From Minisyncoccota bacterium (lineage in GTDB: Bacteria; Patescibacteriota; Minisyncoccia; Phycocordibacterales; UBA9973): 64,000 nt of DNA. Below the pieces are notes generated by a model. The model was not told the origin of the DNA, ran no database searches, and was given only the letters and a program-made list of their open reading frames with translations. The DNA lies in contig JBAZRK010000002.1 in NCBI GenBank assembly GCA_041663005.1, positions 64,740 to 128,739 of the forward strand, read 5' to 3'. A program made the translations under genes and the position numbers. Shown one piece after another: positions 1 through 9,596 of the stretch (position 1 is the first letter of the stretch; the number at the start of each line of letters is the position of its first letter).

Positions 1-554
1 GCAACTCCGAGTCCGGTGTAATCGGGCGTCGGAATGACACAACCATCAACAGCCGGAAATCCGTGCCCGTTCAGCGCAATCACGGGCTCCGTGTCGAAGT
101 TGCCCTCGACGCAGAGTTGTCCGCCGTCCTTGAAGGTAACCTCGAATGGCGGCGGCGTGCGACCATCGATCGAGGGGAGAGGCCCGGACACAGTGAAATT
201 CAGTGTCCCGGAGAACTCTACCTCGTACGCGGTAACCCCCGGAGGCACGGGCCCGCGGAGAATCTGTGAAGACCATCCGCGACCGGCTTCATCTGGGAGC
301 ACGGTTGCTGAAAGTCCCGGAATCGCGGTCCTTCCCGTTTCCGTGACCCCATACCCGATCATGGTAACCCCGACCGGAACCGGGAACCAGGCGATGAAGT
401 CGATCTTGTAGTTCCCGTTGGCTTCGGGCACTACGGGGACGAGGGTCTTGTACGTGGACGGCGTAGTTACGCGCACTGCGCGTCGCTTCGCCTCTCCCCA
501 AGCGGAGAAAGCGAAGATGGAGCAGAAAAAGAAAACTATGGTTTTTCGGAACAT
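1..554 (-). CDS. Secreted hypothetical protein, runs off window start (not in ORF track)
   Basis: Manual translation from ATG 554: MFRKTIVFFFCSIFAFSAWG-EAKRRAVRVTTP..., open to base 1; SD AAGGAGG at 563-569; visibly GC-rich (about 60%). Confidence 0.8.
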   Translation of the reverse strand, partial: MFRKTIVFFFCSIFAFSAWGEAKRRAVRVTTPSTYKTLVPVVPEANGNYKIDFIAWFPVPVGVTMIGYGVTETGRTAIPGLSATVLPDEAGRGWSSQILRGPVPPGVTAYEVEFSGTLNFTVSGPLPSIDGRTPPPFEVTFKDGGQLCVEGNFDTEPVIALNGHGFPAVDGCVIPTPDYTGLGV

Positions 555-677
555 CGTACTATCCTCCTTCAGGGATTTTAAGCGTTGAACTACGAGAGAG
601 CCTGCAGTGCGTTAGTGGTTGCCCTGGAAACCAGGACACAACAGAAGTCTATTTTGGTGTCAGGGAACAGCGGAACT

Positions 678-701
678 GGTTAAAAGCGGCTGCTTTTAAC
701 C
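678..701 (-). promoter_or_regulatory. Perfect 10-bp hairpin at predicted 5' end of the 1-554 mRNA
   Basis: ggttaaaagc-ggct-gcttttaacc; extended -10 TGCTAACAT on minus strand at 710-718. Confidence 0.55.
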
Positions 702-748
702 TTTATTTAATGTTAGCACAAAAATAAAAAAGCAAGTGGAAAAGTTAT

Positions 749-1077
749 CCCCCACACCTTTCAACATATTGCTTCAGATTGTCAAATTTGTATAATTAAA
801 CTATGTATTATCTATATATTTTAAAAAGTTTGAAGGACAAAAAGTTATACACAGGTTCGACAGACAATCTGAAGCGGAGACTTTCGGAACACAATAATGG
901 CGTAAATCGCTCGACAAAAGCACGCAGGCCTTTCGAACTACGTTATTATGAAGCTTATTCTAGTGAGCAAGACGCCAGAAAGCGAGAATATTCGCTAAAG
1001 AAAGATGGTAAGGCTCTGGCGCAACTGAAGAGAAGGATTTCCGAAAGTCTAAATTAATAACCCGAAAGGTGTGGGGG
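749..1077. mobile_element. Putative mini mobile element: GIY-YIG gene between 14-bp TIRs with TTAT duplication
   Basis: cccccacacctttc (749-762) / gaaaggtgtggggg (1064-1077); TTAT at 745-748 and 1078-1081. Confidence 0.7.
803..1057 (+). CDS. Stand-alone GIY-YIG endonuclease
   Basis: YLYIL...LYTGST..L.RRL.EHN...E....A..RE..LK motif; leaderless promoter TATAAT 791-796. Confidence 0.92.
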   Translation: MYYLYILKSLKDKKLYTGSTDNLKRRLSEHNNGVNRSTKARRPFELRYYEAYSSEQDARKREYSLKKDGKALAQLKRRISESLN

Positions 1078-1118
1078 TTATCCACCTGCTTTTTTATTGT
1101 TGTGTCAAATTTTCTAAG

Positions 1119-3833
1119 CTAATTTTCCTGGTATGTCGGCTTTTTCTTTATTTCTTGGCAAGGAACTGACGTCCCACCATTCGAGCCCGGACAAGTCCAG
1201 GTCCATTTGTCTGTCTCGTCTGCCCTGATCGTAGCGCTATCTCCTGCCCAGGTACAGAGATAATGTTTTTTGTAACACTGTCCGTTAACTTTTGGCGCAG
1301 GATCGCCACCATTACCACCGCCACAATTATTTGTGACCGTGCATTCACGCTGGAGTCCTTCGGCGTCAAGCTCGGCACAAGGAGGATTGTTGCAGACTCG
1401 TTCCTGTACTCCAACCCCACAAACTGTGTTGGTGCAAGGTCCCCATTCCCAGTCCCCAAGTTGCGGATTTACAGTTCCCTCAGCGCATTTACTACCGTCC
1501 CACTGTGTTCCTCCGACACAATTGGAATATACAGTATTTTGGGTAACCGGCGGCTCCCCATTGTTGTAGAGATAAAATGTTCGATAGTTGTAAGGCACGG
1601 TCACGGACTTAGTACCTGATTGGGAGCTTGGGGTGAGGCTGTTGCTGACAGTAATGTCAGTCATACCAGTGGCAGTGATTTTAGTAGGTATAGCTTGAGG
1701 GTTGGTGATACTCCAAGCAAGATTTACGTTACAACTATTGCCATCTTTTGCAATCGTGCAAGAAGTTGGTGAAGGGGTTAAGGTTCCCGACATAGGATTT
1801 ACCGTTGGCGTGCACTTTGCGCCGTCCCAAACGGTACCACTAACGCAAGTCGCTGGAATGTTGACGCCCGAGCCACTAGGTGAAGTAGGTACAAGAGACT
1901 TAGCATTGTTGTATAGGTAAAATGTTCGAGAGCTGTAAGGTACGGTCACAGACTGAGTACCTGATTGCGAGCTTGGGGTGAGGCTGTTGCTGACGGTAAT
2001 ATCCGGCGTCATACCTGATGCCGTAATCTTGGTTGGGGTAGCTTCGGGGCTGTTGATAGTCCAAGAAAGGTTCGTGGTGCAACTATTTGCATTAACGGCA
2101 ATCTCACACCCTGCCCCAGAAAGTGTTCCATACATCCCAGCCACAGGAGCACATTTAGTATTGTCCCAGGTCGTGCCTGAAACACAAGATGCGGTAGCAG
2201 AGTTACTGCCTAGGACTTTATTGTTGTTATATAAATAAAATATTCGAGAGCTGTAAGGCACGGTCACGGACTTAGTACCTGATTGCGAGCTTGGGGTGAG
2301 GCTGTTGCTGACAGTAATGTCAGTCATACCAGTGGCAGTGATTTTGGTAGGGGTAGCTTCGGGGTTAGTAATGCTCCAGGAAAGGTTAGATGTACAGCTG
2401 CTGCCACCAGAGGCGATGGTGCAGTTTGGCACACTGATTGTCCCTGACATAACCGCGGCACATTTAGTACCATCCCACTCGGTATTCGTATCACAGTAAG
2501 CTTTGGCTGTATCTTGATCAAGAAGGGTTCCGTCATTGTAAAGATAAAATGTTCTCTCGCCGTTGGGTGAGCCACCCTCTACACCATATATTGCGGAACT
2601 GTTGTTGCCCGTACCCACAGTAACATTCGTCGGAGTCGTAACAGCAGAGGTGCCAACAGGATTGGTCGTGGTCCAGTTTAGAGAACTAGTGCAAGTATCA
2701 GCATTGAGGGCAATGGTACAGTCTGTGGCAGTAAGGTTGCCCGACATAGGAGATGGCGGAGGTGGTGGAGGTGGCGATGATGTCTTGTCGATGGCACAGT
2801 TAGCAGTAGTGCCTCCATTAGTGCTTTCGCAATCCCACTTATACTGGGTAGTACTGTCTGCGGTATCCTTAAAGTTTCCCACGTTACAAGTGTTGAGGAC
2901 AAGCGGGTCAGAACACTGACCAGGGGGAGTTACTGCAGGAGCCTTTTGCTCTGAACAAGAAACACTTGTCCCCGCATTACTGCAAGTCCAAGTATACGCC
3001 GCAAGTCCGCTCACATTGTTCGAGCTAACCGCGCTCGCCGGAGAACAGTCGTAGTGGGTGGTAGAACAACTAGGAGGAACTGGAATAGCATTAAATTTAA
3101 AGGTAAAGGCGCAATCTTTCGAAACAGCTCCTGTATTATAGACCGTACTATTCGGAAAAGTAGCACTAGTAGGAGAAAATACACCAGCCGTAGCACAATC
3201 TGAAGGATCCCAAGAAACAAGCGAGGAGGTGGAGTAGCCTGAGGTCGGAGTAACTGTTATCTGAGAAGTGCTTCCGCTTTCAACTTTACTTGGCGAAGGA
3301 GTGCTGACTGATCCCCCCGCATTCGCACTCGCGGTAACGTTGTAAGTAATAGGCGCAGCAGCTATTGTAAGTGTACTAGAAGACCTGATTGCTGTTTTAT
3401 CCAGATTGTCTGTCACTTCAACCTTTACTATGTAGTCTTCAGCTGGAATATTCGAAAAAGTCCTACTGCTCCCTGTAAAATCAGTGCCCAAAGCTGCCGA
3501 CCAACAATCTCCCACAGGTCTAGTATTAGTCTGGTATGTTAATGGAATTGTTTGCCCAACCATTGACGCTGGTCCTGCAGTTATTGTGGCCGTTGCTGAC
3601 ATAGCTGCTATTGTTGGATCAGAATAGGTACCTCCTCCTTCACCGCTCTGTGAGCAAGTTGTCCCAGCTTCAACCGACAGTTGCCCACTAGGAATACTTA
3701 CAGTAATACTATCTCCGCTTACGCTGGCGCTTAAGGTAAACACAAGCGACTTGGCTCCGCCAATTGCACTCGCTTTATAAAAAGGAATAATAACTACTAA
3801 TAATAAGGGAAGGAAAACTAGTAATTTTTTCAT
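1119..3833 (-). CDS. Large Cys/Ser/Thr-rich repetitive surface protein
   Basis: Signal peptide, repeated C-I...C...L.W modules, W.W.C..SNGG.T..C modules, TSP1-like WEWGPC, poly-Pro linker, C-terminal KKKPTYQEN. Confidence 0.85.
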   Translation of the reverse strand: MKKLLVFLPLLLVVIIPFYKASAIGGAKSLVFTLSASVSGDSITVSIPSGQLSVEAGTTCSQSGEGGGTYSDPTIAAMSATATITAGPASMVGQTIPLTYQTNTRPVGDCWSAALGTDFTGSSRTFSNIPAEDYIVKVEVTDNLDKTAIRSSSTLTIAAAPITYNVTASANAGGSVSTPSPSKVESGSTSQITVTPTSGYSTSSLVSWDPSDCATAGVFSPTSATFPNSTVYNTGAVSKDCAFTFKFNAIPVPPSCSTTHYDCSPASAVSSNNVSGLAAYTWTCSNAGTSVSCSEQKAPAVTPPGQCSDPLVLNTCNVGNFKDTADSTTQYKWDCESTNGGTTANCAIDKTSSPPPPPPPSPMSGNLTATDCTIALNADTCTSSLNWTTTNPVGTSAVTTPTNVTVGTGNNSSAIYGVEGGSPNGERTFYLYNDGTLLDQDTAKAYCDTNTEWDGTKCAAVMSGTISVPNCTIASGGSSCTSNLSWSITNPEATPTKITATGMTDITVSNSLTPSSQSGTKSVTVPYSSRIFYLYNNNKVLGSNSATASCVSGTTWDNTKCAPVAGMYGTLSGAGCEIAVNANSCTTNLSWTINSPEATPTKITASGMTPDITVSNSLTPSSQSGTQSVTVPYSSRTFYLYNNAKSLVPTSPSGSGVNIPATCVSGTVWDGAKCTPTVNPMSGTLTPSPTSCTIAKDGNSCNVNLAWSITNPQAIPTKITATGMTDITVSNSLTPSSQSGTKSVTVPYNYRTFYLYNNGEPPVTQNTVYSNCVGGTQWDGSKCAEGTVNPQLGDWEWGPCTNTVCGVGVQERVCNNPPCAELDAEGLQRECTVTNNCGGGNGGDPAPKVNGQCYKKHYLCTWAGDSATIRADETDKWTWTCPGSNGGTSVPCQEIKKKPTYQEN
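1590..2344. repeat. Near-identical internal DNA repeats in surface protein gene
   Basis: About 93-bp blocks at 1590-1682 and 2252-2344 differ at one position; diverged third copy near 1930-2050. Confidence 0.85.
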
Positions 3834-3929
3834 AGGTTTAATTATACTATATAACCCCCTGCCACTATAAGTATCTCCCCTGTGGATATCTTGCCAAGTT
3901 TACGATGCTGTGATAAGCTTCTATTGTAT

Positions 3930-3957
3930 GAGTCCTGTCCGAAACAGGGCTTTTTTT
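3930..3957 (+). terminator. Intrinsic terminator in nusA leader (attenuator)
   Basis: gagtcctgt-ccgaa-acagggctt + T-tract just after promoter TTGCCA-17-TAAGCT (3891-3919). Confidence 0.65.
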
Positions 3958-3970
3958 AATAAAAATTAAA

Positions 3971-4013
3971 CCCCGACGTAAAAAGTCGGAGTCCCGACCT
4001 CAAAGCGTCGGGA
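3971..4013. repeat. Family A palindromic element, intergenic copy
   Basis: ccccgacg..gtcgg..ccgac..gcgtcggga flanked by TAAA on both sides. Confidence 0.85.
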
Positions 4014-4028
4014 TAAAAAAGCAAAATT

Positions 4029-5171
4029 ATGTTAGACCTAAAAACATTCAAATCCGCATTGGAACAGCTAGAAGAAGAGAGAAAAATCCCTCAAGCCAAG
4101 ATACTCGAAGCCATAGAGCAAGCTATGGCCGCCGCTTATAAAAAGGACTACGGCAAGAAGGGCCAAATAATTCGCGCTAAGTTCGACCTTGAAACTGGTA
4201 AAACAGACTTTTACCAGGTAAAAATAGTTGTGGACGACAGCATCGCCATAATGGACCACGACGAAGAAATTCCCGAGGACGACGAAAGAGTGCATTTTAA
4301 TTCCGAACACCACATCCTAATAGATGACGCCAAGAAAATTAAAAAAGGCGCCGAAGTTCACGATGAAATAATTTTCCCGTTGGAAGCCAAGGATGACTAC
4401 GGCCGTATTGCCGCCCAGACTGCCAAGCAGGTTATTGTCCAGAAAATCCGCGAAGCTGAACGCTCCTCCATTATTGACGAATATGGCGGTAAAGAAGGTG
4501 AGGTTGTTTCCGGTGTAGTGCAGAAGGTGGAACGAGGCAACGTATATGTGGACTTCAACAGAGCCACAGGTATTTTGCCTGCCGAAGAACAAATCCCGGG
4601 AGAATACTGGGAACGCGGACGCAGAGTGCGCGCCTATCTCTACAGCGTCGAAGATACTCCAAGAGGCATAAATCTCCGTCTCTCTCGTACACATCCGAAA
4701 TTTTTGGAGCGTTTGTTCGCAATGGAAGCTCCTGAAATAGAGAACGGTATAGTAGAAATTAAGTCCGTGGCCCGCGAAGCCGGCGCCCGTTCTAAAATCG
4801 CCGTCTTCTCGAACGACGAACACATCGACGCCGTCGGTTCTTGTGTGGGGCAGAAAGGTACTCGAGTCAACACCATTACCGCTGAACTGTCTGGAGAAAA
4901 AATTGATATAATCACGTGGTCGGAAGATCCGAAACAGTTAGTTTCGAACGCTCTCTCTCCGGCAAAAGTTATTTCCATAGAAACCAATGACGAAGAACAC
5001 AAGGCTTCGGTAGAAGTGGCAGACGACCAGCTCTCACTCGCGATAGGCAAGGGCGGGCAAAATGTGCGCCTAGCAGCCAAGCTCACCGGCTGGAGAATAG
5101 ACATCAAGGGCGCCGGCGGAGAAGTAGCTTCCACCGATGGTGAGAAAGTTGAGGTAAAAGAAGAAGAATAA
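4029..5171 (+). CDS. nusA: Transcription termination factor NusA
   Basis: GRIAAQTAKQ, S1 and KH domains, AIGKGGQNVRLAAKLTGW. Confidence 0.98.
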   Translation: MLDLKTFKSALEQLEEERKIPQAKILEAIEQAMAAAYKKDYGKKGQIIRAKFDLETGKTDFYQVKIVVDDSIAIMDHDEEIPEDDERVHFNSEHHILIDDAKKIKKGAEVHDEIIFPLEAKDDYGRIAAQTAKQVIVQKIREAERSSIIDEYGGKEGEVVSGVVQKVERGNVYVDFNRATGILPAEEQIPGEYWERGRRVRAYLYSVEDTPRGINLRLSRTHPKFLERLFAMEAPEIENGIVEIKSVAREAGARSKIAVFSNDEHIDAVGSCVGQKGTRVNTITAELSGEKIDIITWSEDPKQLVSNALSPAKVISIETNDEEHKASVEVADDQLSLAIGKGGQNVRLAAKLTGWRIDIKGAGGEVASTDGEKVEVKEEE

Positions 5172-5197
5172 AAAATTATAAATAATAAAATAAAAAT

Positions 5198-7210
5198 ATG
5201 AATCCATTTTTATTGTTTGCATTAGTAAGTTCGGTAGTGGCTATCGTTTATGGATTATTTCTAGCAGCGTCAATATTAAAGAAAAGCCCTGGCAATGCGC
5301 GAATGCAAGAAATTGCAAAAGCAATCCAGGACGGAGCAGGTGCTTACTTAAACAAACAATACAAAACTATCGGTATGATAGCCGTAGTTCTATTCTTCGT
5401 TATCGGCTTCATACAAAAACTCGGATGGACTATGGCCTTCGGATTCTTGGTAGGTGCAGTATTCTCAGCACTTGCCGGATACATAGGTATGAACGTCTCG
5501 GTGCGTGCGAACGTGCGAACAACTGAAGCCGCCAGGAGCGGCTTGGGCTCTGCGCTATCGCTCGCTTTCAAGGGCGGGACAGTAACCGGGCTTCTGGTAG
5601 TAGGCCTTGCACTCCTTGGCGTGACTTTATTTTATGCAATCACCAAAGATGTAACCGCGCTCGTCGGACTCGGATTCGGAGCATCGCTTATTTCTGTTTT
5701 CGCAAGATTGGGCGGCGGAATTTTCACTAAAGCCGCAGACGTCGGCGCCGACTTAGTCGGAAAAATTGAAGCCGGCATTCCTGAAGATGACCCAAGAAAT
5801 CCCGGAGTTATCGCTGACAACGTCGGAGACAACGTCGGAGATTGCGCCGGAATGGCAGCAGACCTTTTCGAAACTTACGCCGTCACATCTGTGGCTACTA
5901 TGCTCCTCGGCTCTCTTCTCTTCATCGATTTTGAAAACGCAATTATTTATCCGCTCGTAATAGGTGGTATGGCAATATTCGCTTCTATCATCGGCACTTG
6001 GTTCGTACGACTGGGAAAGACAAAAAATATAATGGGTGCTTTGTATAAAGGCCTCATTGCGTCGGGAGTTATCGCCGCAGCGACTTTCTACCCTGTTACA
6101 AAAATGTTAATGGCCGACAACGGCACATACTCTGTGATGGATTTATTTATTTGTTCTCTCGTGGGACTTTTCGTGACTGGAGCACTTGTAATAATTACCG
6201 AATATTTCACTTCTACGAAATACGCTCCTGTTAAATCTATCGCCCAAGCTTCTGTATCCGGCCACGGCACAAACGTAATTCAAGGTTTGGCAATCTCTAT
6301 GAAGTCTACAGCTTGGCCACTCATTACCATTGTTGTTGGAATTCTAGTGAGCTACAACTACGGAGGTCTATACGGTATCGCTATCGCAGCAATGTCTATG
6401 CTTTCTATGACTGGTATCATCGTGGCTATTGACGCCTACGGACCAATCACTGATAACGCAGGAGGAATAGCAGAAATGGCAGAACTTCCAAAAGAAGTTC
6501 GTGATGTCACTGACCCCCTCGATGCAGTCGGAAATACGACCAAAGCGGTTACCAAAGGTTATGCCATCGGCTCCGCCGGACTCGCCGCTCTCGTACTATT
6601 CGCTTCTTATACTGAAGAAATTATTAAAGCTGGAAAAACTTTATCCTTTGATTTGAGCAACCCTTATGTCATCGTTGGATTATTTATCGGAGGACTTTTG
6701 CCTTATTACTTCGGCGCGCTCTGCATGGAAGCAGTAGGAAAGACTGCGGGTGAAGTCGTAGAAGAAATCCGCCGACAATTCAGAGAAATTAAAGGCATAA
6801 TGGAAGGCACAGGCAAACCAGATTATGCAAAAGCAGTATCCATCATCACTGGCGCCGCCATCAAGCAAATGGTTCTCCCCGCTCTTATTCCCGTGCTTGC
6901 CCCTATTTTAGTAATTATTATTTTCGGAGTAGAAAATGGATTGATAGTTTTGGGCGGACTTTTGATGGGGTCTATTGTCACAGGACTCTTCGTAGCAATA
7001 TCCATGACTTCCGGTGGTGGAGCTTGGGACAATGCCAAGAAATACATAGAATTAGGTAACTTCGGAGGAAAGGGTAGCGAGGCCCACAAAGCAGCCGTTA
7101 CAGGAGATACTGTCGGCGACCCGTACAAAGACGCAGCCGGCCCAGCTATCAATCCAATGATAAAGATTCTCAATATCGTTGCATTACTTTTGGTGGCTTT
7201 CTTGATATAA
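5198..7210 (+). CDS. hppA: Membrane H+-translocating pyrophosphatase, K+-independent type
   Basis: [26 protein letters not shown] (Lys determinant), GGAWDNAKK. Confidence 0.95.
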   Translation: MNPFLLFALVSSVVAIVYGLFLAASILKKSPGNARMQEIAKAIQDGAGAYLNKQYKTIGMIAVVLFFVIGFIQKLGWTMAFGFLVGAVFSALAGYIGMNVSVRANVRTTEAARSGLGSALSLAFKGGTVTGLLVVGLALLGVTLFYAITKDVTALVGLGFGASLISVFARLGGGIFTKAADVGADLVGKIEAGIPEDDPRNPGVIADNVGDNVGDCAGMAADLFETYAVTSVATMLLGSLLFIDFENAIIYPLVIGGMAIFASIIGTWFVRLGKTKNIMGALYKGLIASGVIAAATFYPVTKMLMADNGTYSVMDLFICSLVGLFVTGALVIITEYFTSTKYAPVKSIAQASVSGHGTNVIQGLAISMKSTAWPLITIVVGILVSYNYGGLYGIAIAAMSMLSMTGIIVAIDAYGPITDNAGGIAEMAELPKEVRDVTDPLDAVGNTTKAVTKGYAIGSAGLAALVLFASYTEEIIKAGKTLSFDLSNPYVIVGLFIGGLLPYYFGALCMEAVGKTAGEVVEEIRRQFREIKGIMEGTGKPDYAKAVSIITGAAIKQMVLPALIPVLAPILVIIIFGVENGLIVLGGLLMGSIVTGLFVAISMTSGGGAWDNAKKYIELGNFGGKGSEAHKAAVTGDTVGDPYKDAAGPAINPMIKILNIVALLLVAFLI

Positions 7211-7251
7211 TAAGATAGTAATATCTTATTATTAATAACTTAATAAATTCT

Positions 7252-8100
7252 ATGAAAAAATACATAGCATTGTTTTTGGTTTTGTTTATGGCGCTGGTCT
7301 TCAATACTAAAGTGATCTTTGCTGAAAGTGGCAAGGGCGGCGATGGGTCAGGTGACCGTACGGAGATAGAAAGTGAAGATGGTGAAGAGGTGGAAGATGA
7401 AGAAAAGGTAGAGGACGAAGATTCGTCTGACAACGGCGATAGTGATTTAGAAGAAGATGCTAATGACGACCTAAACGACGACTCTGATGATGATTCTGCA
7501 TTGAAAACTGAACGAGAAAAAGCTCGGGAAGAATTTAAACTAAGAACAGAAACCTTGAAGAAGGAGATGGAATTAAAACGCGAAACTCTTCGCAAGGAAT
7601 TTGAGGTTCGAAGAGAAGAAGCGAAACAAAAAATGGAAGGGCTGAGGGAGCAGTTAAAAAAAGAGAAAGATGCTGCTAAAGCGAAAATTGGAGGAGAGAG
7701 GGTTCTGGGTCGCGAACAAGCATTAGAAAGGTTTGATGGTGCGGTAGAAAGAATGCTCGGTTTGAAAGAAAAGGTGGACGCCGTAATTGCCAGACTTGAG
7801 GCGAAAGAAGTAAACACAGTCAAGGCAAAAGAATTTTCTACAACTGCTGAAACAAAAATTAAAGCCGCTAAAGAAAAGGTCCTAGAAACCACCACACTAC
7901 TTACGACTTCTCTAGACCAATTAACTGCCGAAAACAAAACACAACTTCGCACATTGGCTCAAGAAACTCAAACCCTCCTAACTGACGCTCGCCTAGCCCT
8001 CCGCGACGCGGTAAAATCTTTAAAGGATGAAGTAAAAGCTAAAATTGAAGCCGAAAAGCCAGCGGAAGCTGACGATGATAGCAACGACACAGAAAACTAG
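7252..8100 (+). CDS. Secreted acidic/coiled-coil hypothetical protein
   Basis: Signal peptide, Asp/Glu-rich tract, long heptad region. Confidence 0.8.
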   Translation: MKKYIALFLVLFMALVFNTKVIFAESGKGGDGSGDRTEIESEDGEEVEDEEKVEDEDSSDNGDSDLEEDANDDLNDDSDDDSALKTEREKAREEFKLRTETLKKEMELKRETLRKEFEVRREEAKQKMEGLREQLKKEKDAAKAKIGGERVLGREQALERFDGAVERMLGLKEKVDAVIARLEAKEVNTVKAKEFSTTAETKIKAAKEKVLETTTLLTTSLDQLTAENKTQLRTLAQETQTLLTDARLALRDAVKSLKDEVKAKIEAEKPAEADDDSNDTEN

Positions 8101-8134
8101 TTGGCAATAAATTATTAATCTAAATTAACATATT

Positions 8135-8371
8135 ATGGACCCAGAAAAAAAATCAAACGGCGCGCTAATAGGAGCAATAGTAATTATTGTTATTCTGCTT
8201 GCCGGCGGAATATATCTCTGGCAGTCAAACGCAAAATCAGCTCTAGAGAATAAAGAGCTGCAGAATGAAAACGTATCGCCTTCCGACCAAGAGGATTTAG
8301 AGTCTCTCGACCAAGAACTCAATACTACAGAATTAGACATTGAGGCCAACGTCGTAGACAGTGTAGAATAA
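8135..8371 (+). CDS. Small single-TM protein with acidic tail
   Basis: GALIGAIVIIVILLAGGIYLW TM helix. Confidence 0.75.
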   Translation: MDPEKKSNGALIGAIVIIVILLAGGIYLWQSNAKSALENKELQNENVSPSDQEDLESLDQELNTTELDIEANVVDSVE

Positions 8372-8380
8372 AACTTTTTA

Positions 8381-8419
8381 AAAAACCCTGCTCCGGCTGA
8401 AGCCGGGGCGAGGTTTTTT
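8381..8419. terminator. Intrinsic terminator, possibly bidirectional
   Basis: A-tract ccctgctccggc-tgaa-gccggggcgagg T-tract. Confidence 0.65.
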
Positions 8420-8458
8420 AATTTTGACAAAAAGTAGCTATAAATATAGTATAGGTTT

Positions 8459-9565
8459 ATGCCAAATATAAACGTAAGGAAATTACCGAAAAGTGTCGTA
8501 GAGATAGAGGGAGAACTTGAGGCCGAGATATTTGAGTCCTATTTCGATAAAGCACTTAAAAAGTTAAGTGAAAATTTGGAAATTCCCGGCTTCCGTAAAG
8601 GCAAAGTGCCTGAGAATATTTTAAAATCGCAGGTTCCCGAAAGCAAGATTCTCGAAGAAATGGCCGAGTTAGCCTTGGGTGAACATTATCCTAAAATTAT
8701 CGAAGATAATAAAATTGACGCGATAAGCCGGCCGGAAGTCGCCATAACCAAACTCGCTCGTAAAAATCCTCTCGGGTTTAAGATTATAACTTCGGTATTG
8801 CCGGAGGTTAAACTGCCTGACTATAAAAAAATTGCCAAAAAAGTGAAGGAAGCGGTGCCCGAAGCGGATAAAAATATCACCGTATCGGAAGAAGACCTGG
8901 AAAATACAATAATGGATATCCGTAAGTCCCGTGCGCCGAAGGTTCATATGGCGGAAGCGGAACCCCACGAACATAAAGAGGGAGAACCTGCCCGATCTGA
9001 AGATCATTCAGGCGGGGAGCACGCTCACCCGGAGCCAAAGCCGGAGGAATTGCCGGAATTCAATGATGAATTCGTGAAAAACCTCGGACCCTTTAAGGAT
9101 GTTGCAGATTTCAAGGAAAAGTTAAAGGAAAACATAAAGCTCGAGAAGGAAAATATGGCTCGTGAAAAAACGAGACTTAGTATTGTTGAAAAAATAGTGG
9201 ACGAAAGTGAAATAGACTTGCCCGAGATCCTTGTAGAAATAGAACTTGATAAAATTCTCTATCGAATGGAATCCGACATTACCACTATGGGCTTAAGGTT
9301 CGAGGATTATCTGAAGCACTTAAACAAAACCGCAGCAGACTTAAGGAAAGACTTCCGTAAAGACGGTGAAAACAAGGCCAAGCTTGCCCTTATCCTAAAC
9401 GAAATAGCTAAAGCAGAAAAAATAGTTGCCGATCCGGAACAAGTAGCAAACGAAGTGAAAAATATTTTGGAACACTACAAGGAAGCCGACCCGGAACGGG
9501 CCCGTGTCCACGCCGAAAACGTTCTAACTAACGAGAAAATCTTCCAGTTTTTGGAGACTCAATAA
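8459..9565 (+). CDS. tig: Trigger factor (lacks most of the FKBP domain)
   Basis: IPGFRKGKVP ribosome-binding motif, LPEFNDEF; promoter TTGACA-17-TAGTAT, leaderless. Confidence 0.93.
   Translation: MPNINVRKLPKSVVEIEGELEAEIFESYFDKALKKLSENLEIPGFRKGKVPENILKSQVPESKILEEMAELALGEHYPKIIEDNKIDAISRPEVAITKLARKNPLGFKIITSVLPEVKLPDYKKIAKKVKEAVPEADKNITVSEEDLENTIMDIRKSRAPKVHMAEAEPHEHKEGEPARSEDHSGGEHAHPEPKPEELPEFNDEFVKNLGPFKDVADFKEKLKENIKLEKENMAREKTRLSIVEKIVDESEIDLPEILVEIELDKILYRMESDITTMGLRFEDYLKHLNKTAADLRKDFRKDGENKAKLALILNEIAKAEKIVADPEQVANEVKNILEHYKEADPERARVHAENVLTNEKIFQFLETQ
8987..9016. repeat. Family B palindromic element in frame inside tig
   Basis: cctgcccg-atctgaagatcattc-aggcggg, read as PARSEDHSGG. 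Confidence 0.65.
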
Positions 9566-9596
9566 TCCCTAGGGGCTTCCCTAGTGATTTATTGCG

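Noticed and set aside
34-501. Track ORFs 34-411, 46-276, 63-269 and 289-501
   Set aside because: Shadows of the minus-strand gene starting at 554, which has an SD and a signal peptide.
1590-2344. Repeat pair as a DGR template/variable region
   Set aside because: Both copies are internal coding modules, the one difference is C/G rather than adenine-specific, and no reverse transcriptase is in the window.
7170-7952. 260-aa minus-strand ORF and similar long antisense ORFs (e.g. 41493-42137, 50957-51712)
   Set aside because: Ser/Phe/Leu-rich antisense shadows of well-supported genes.
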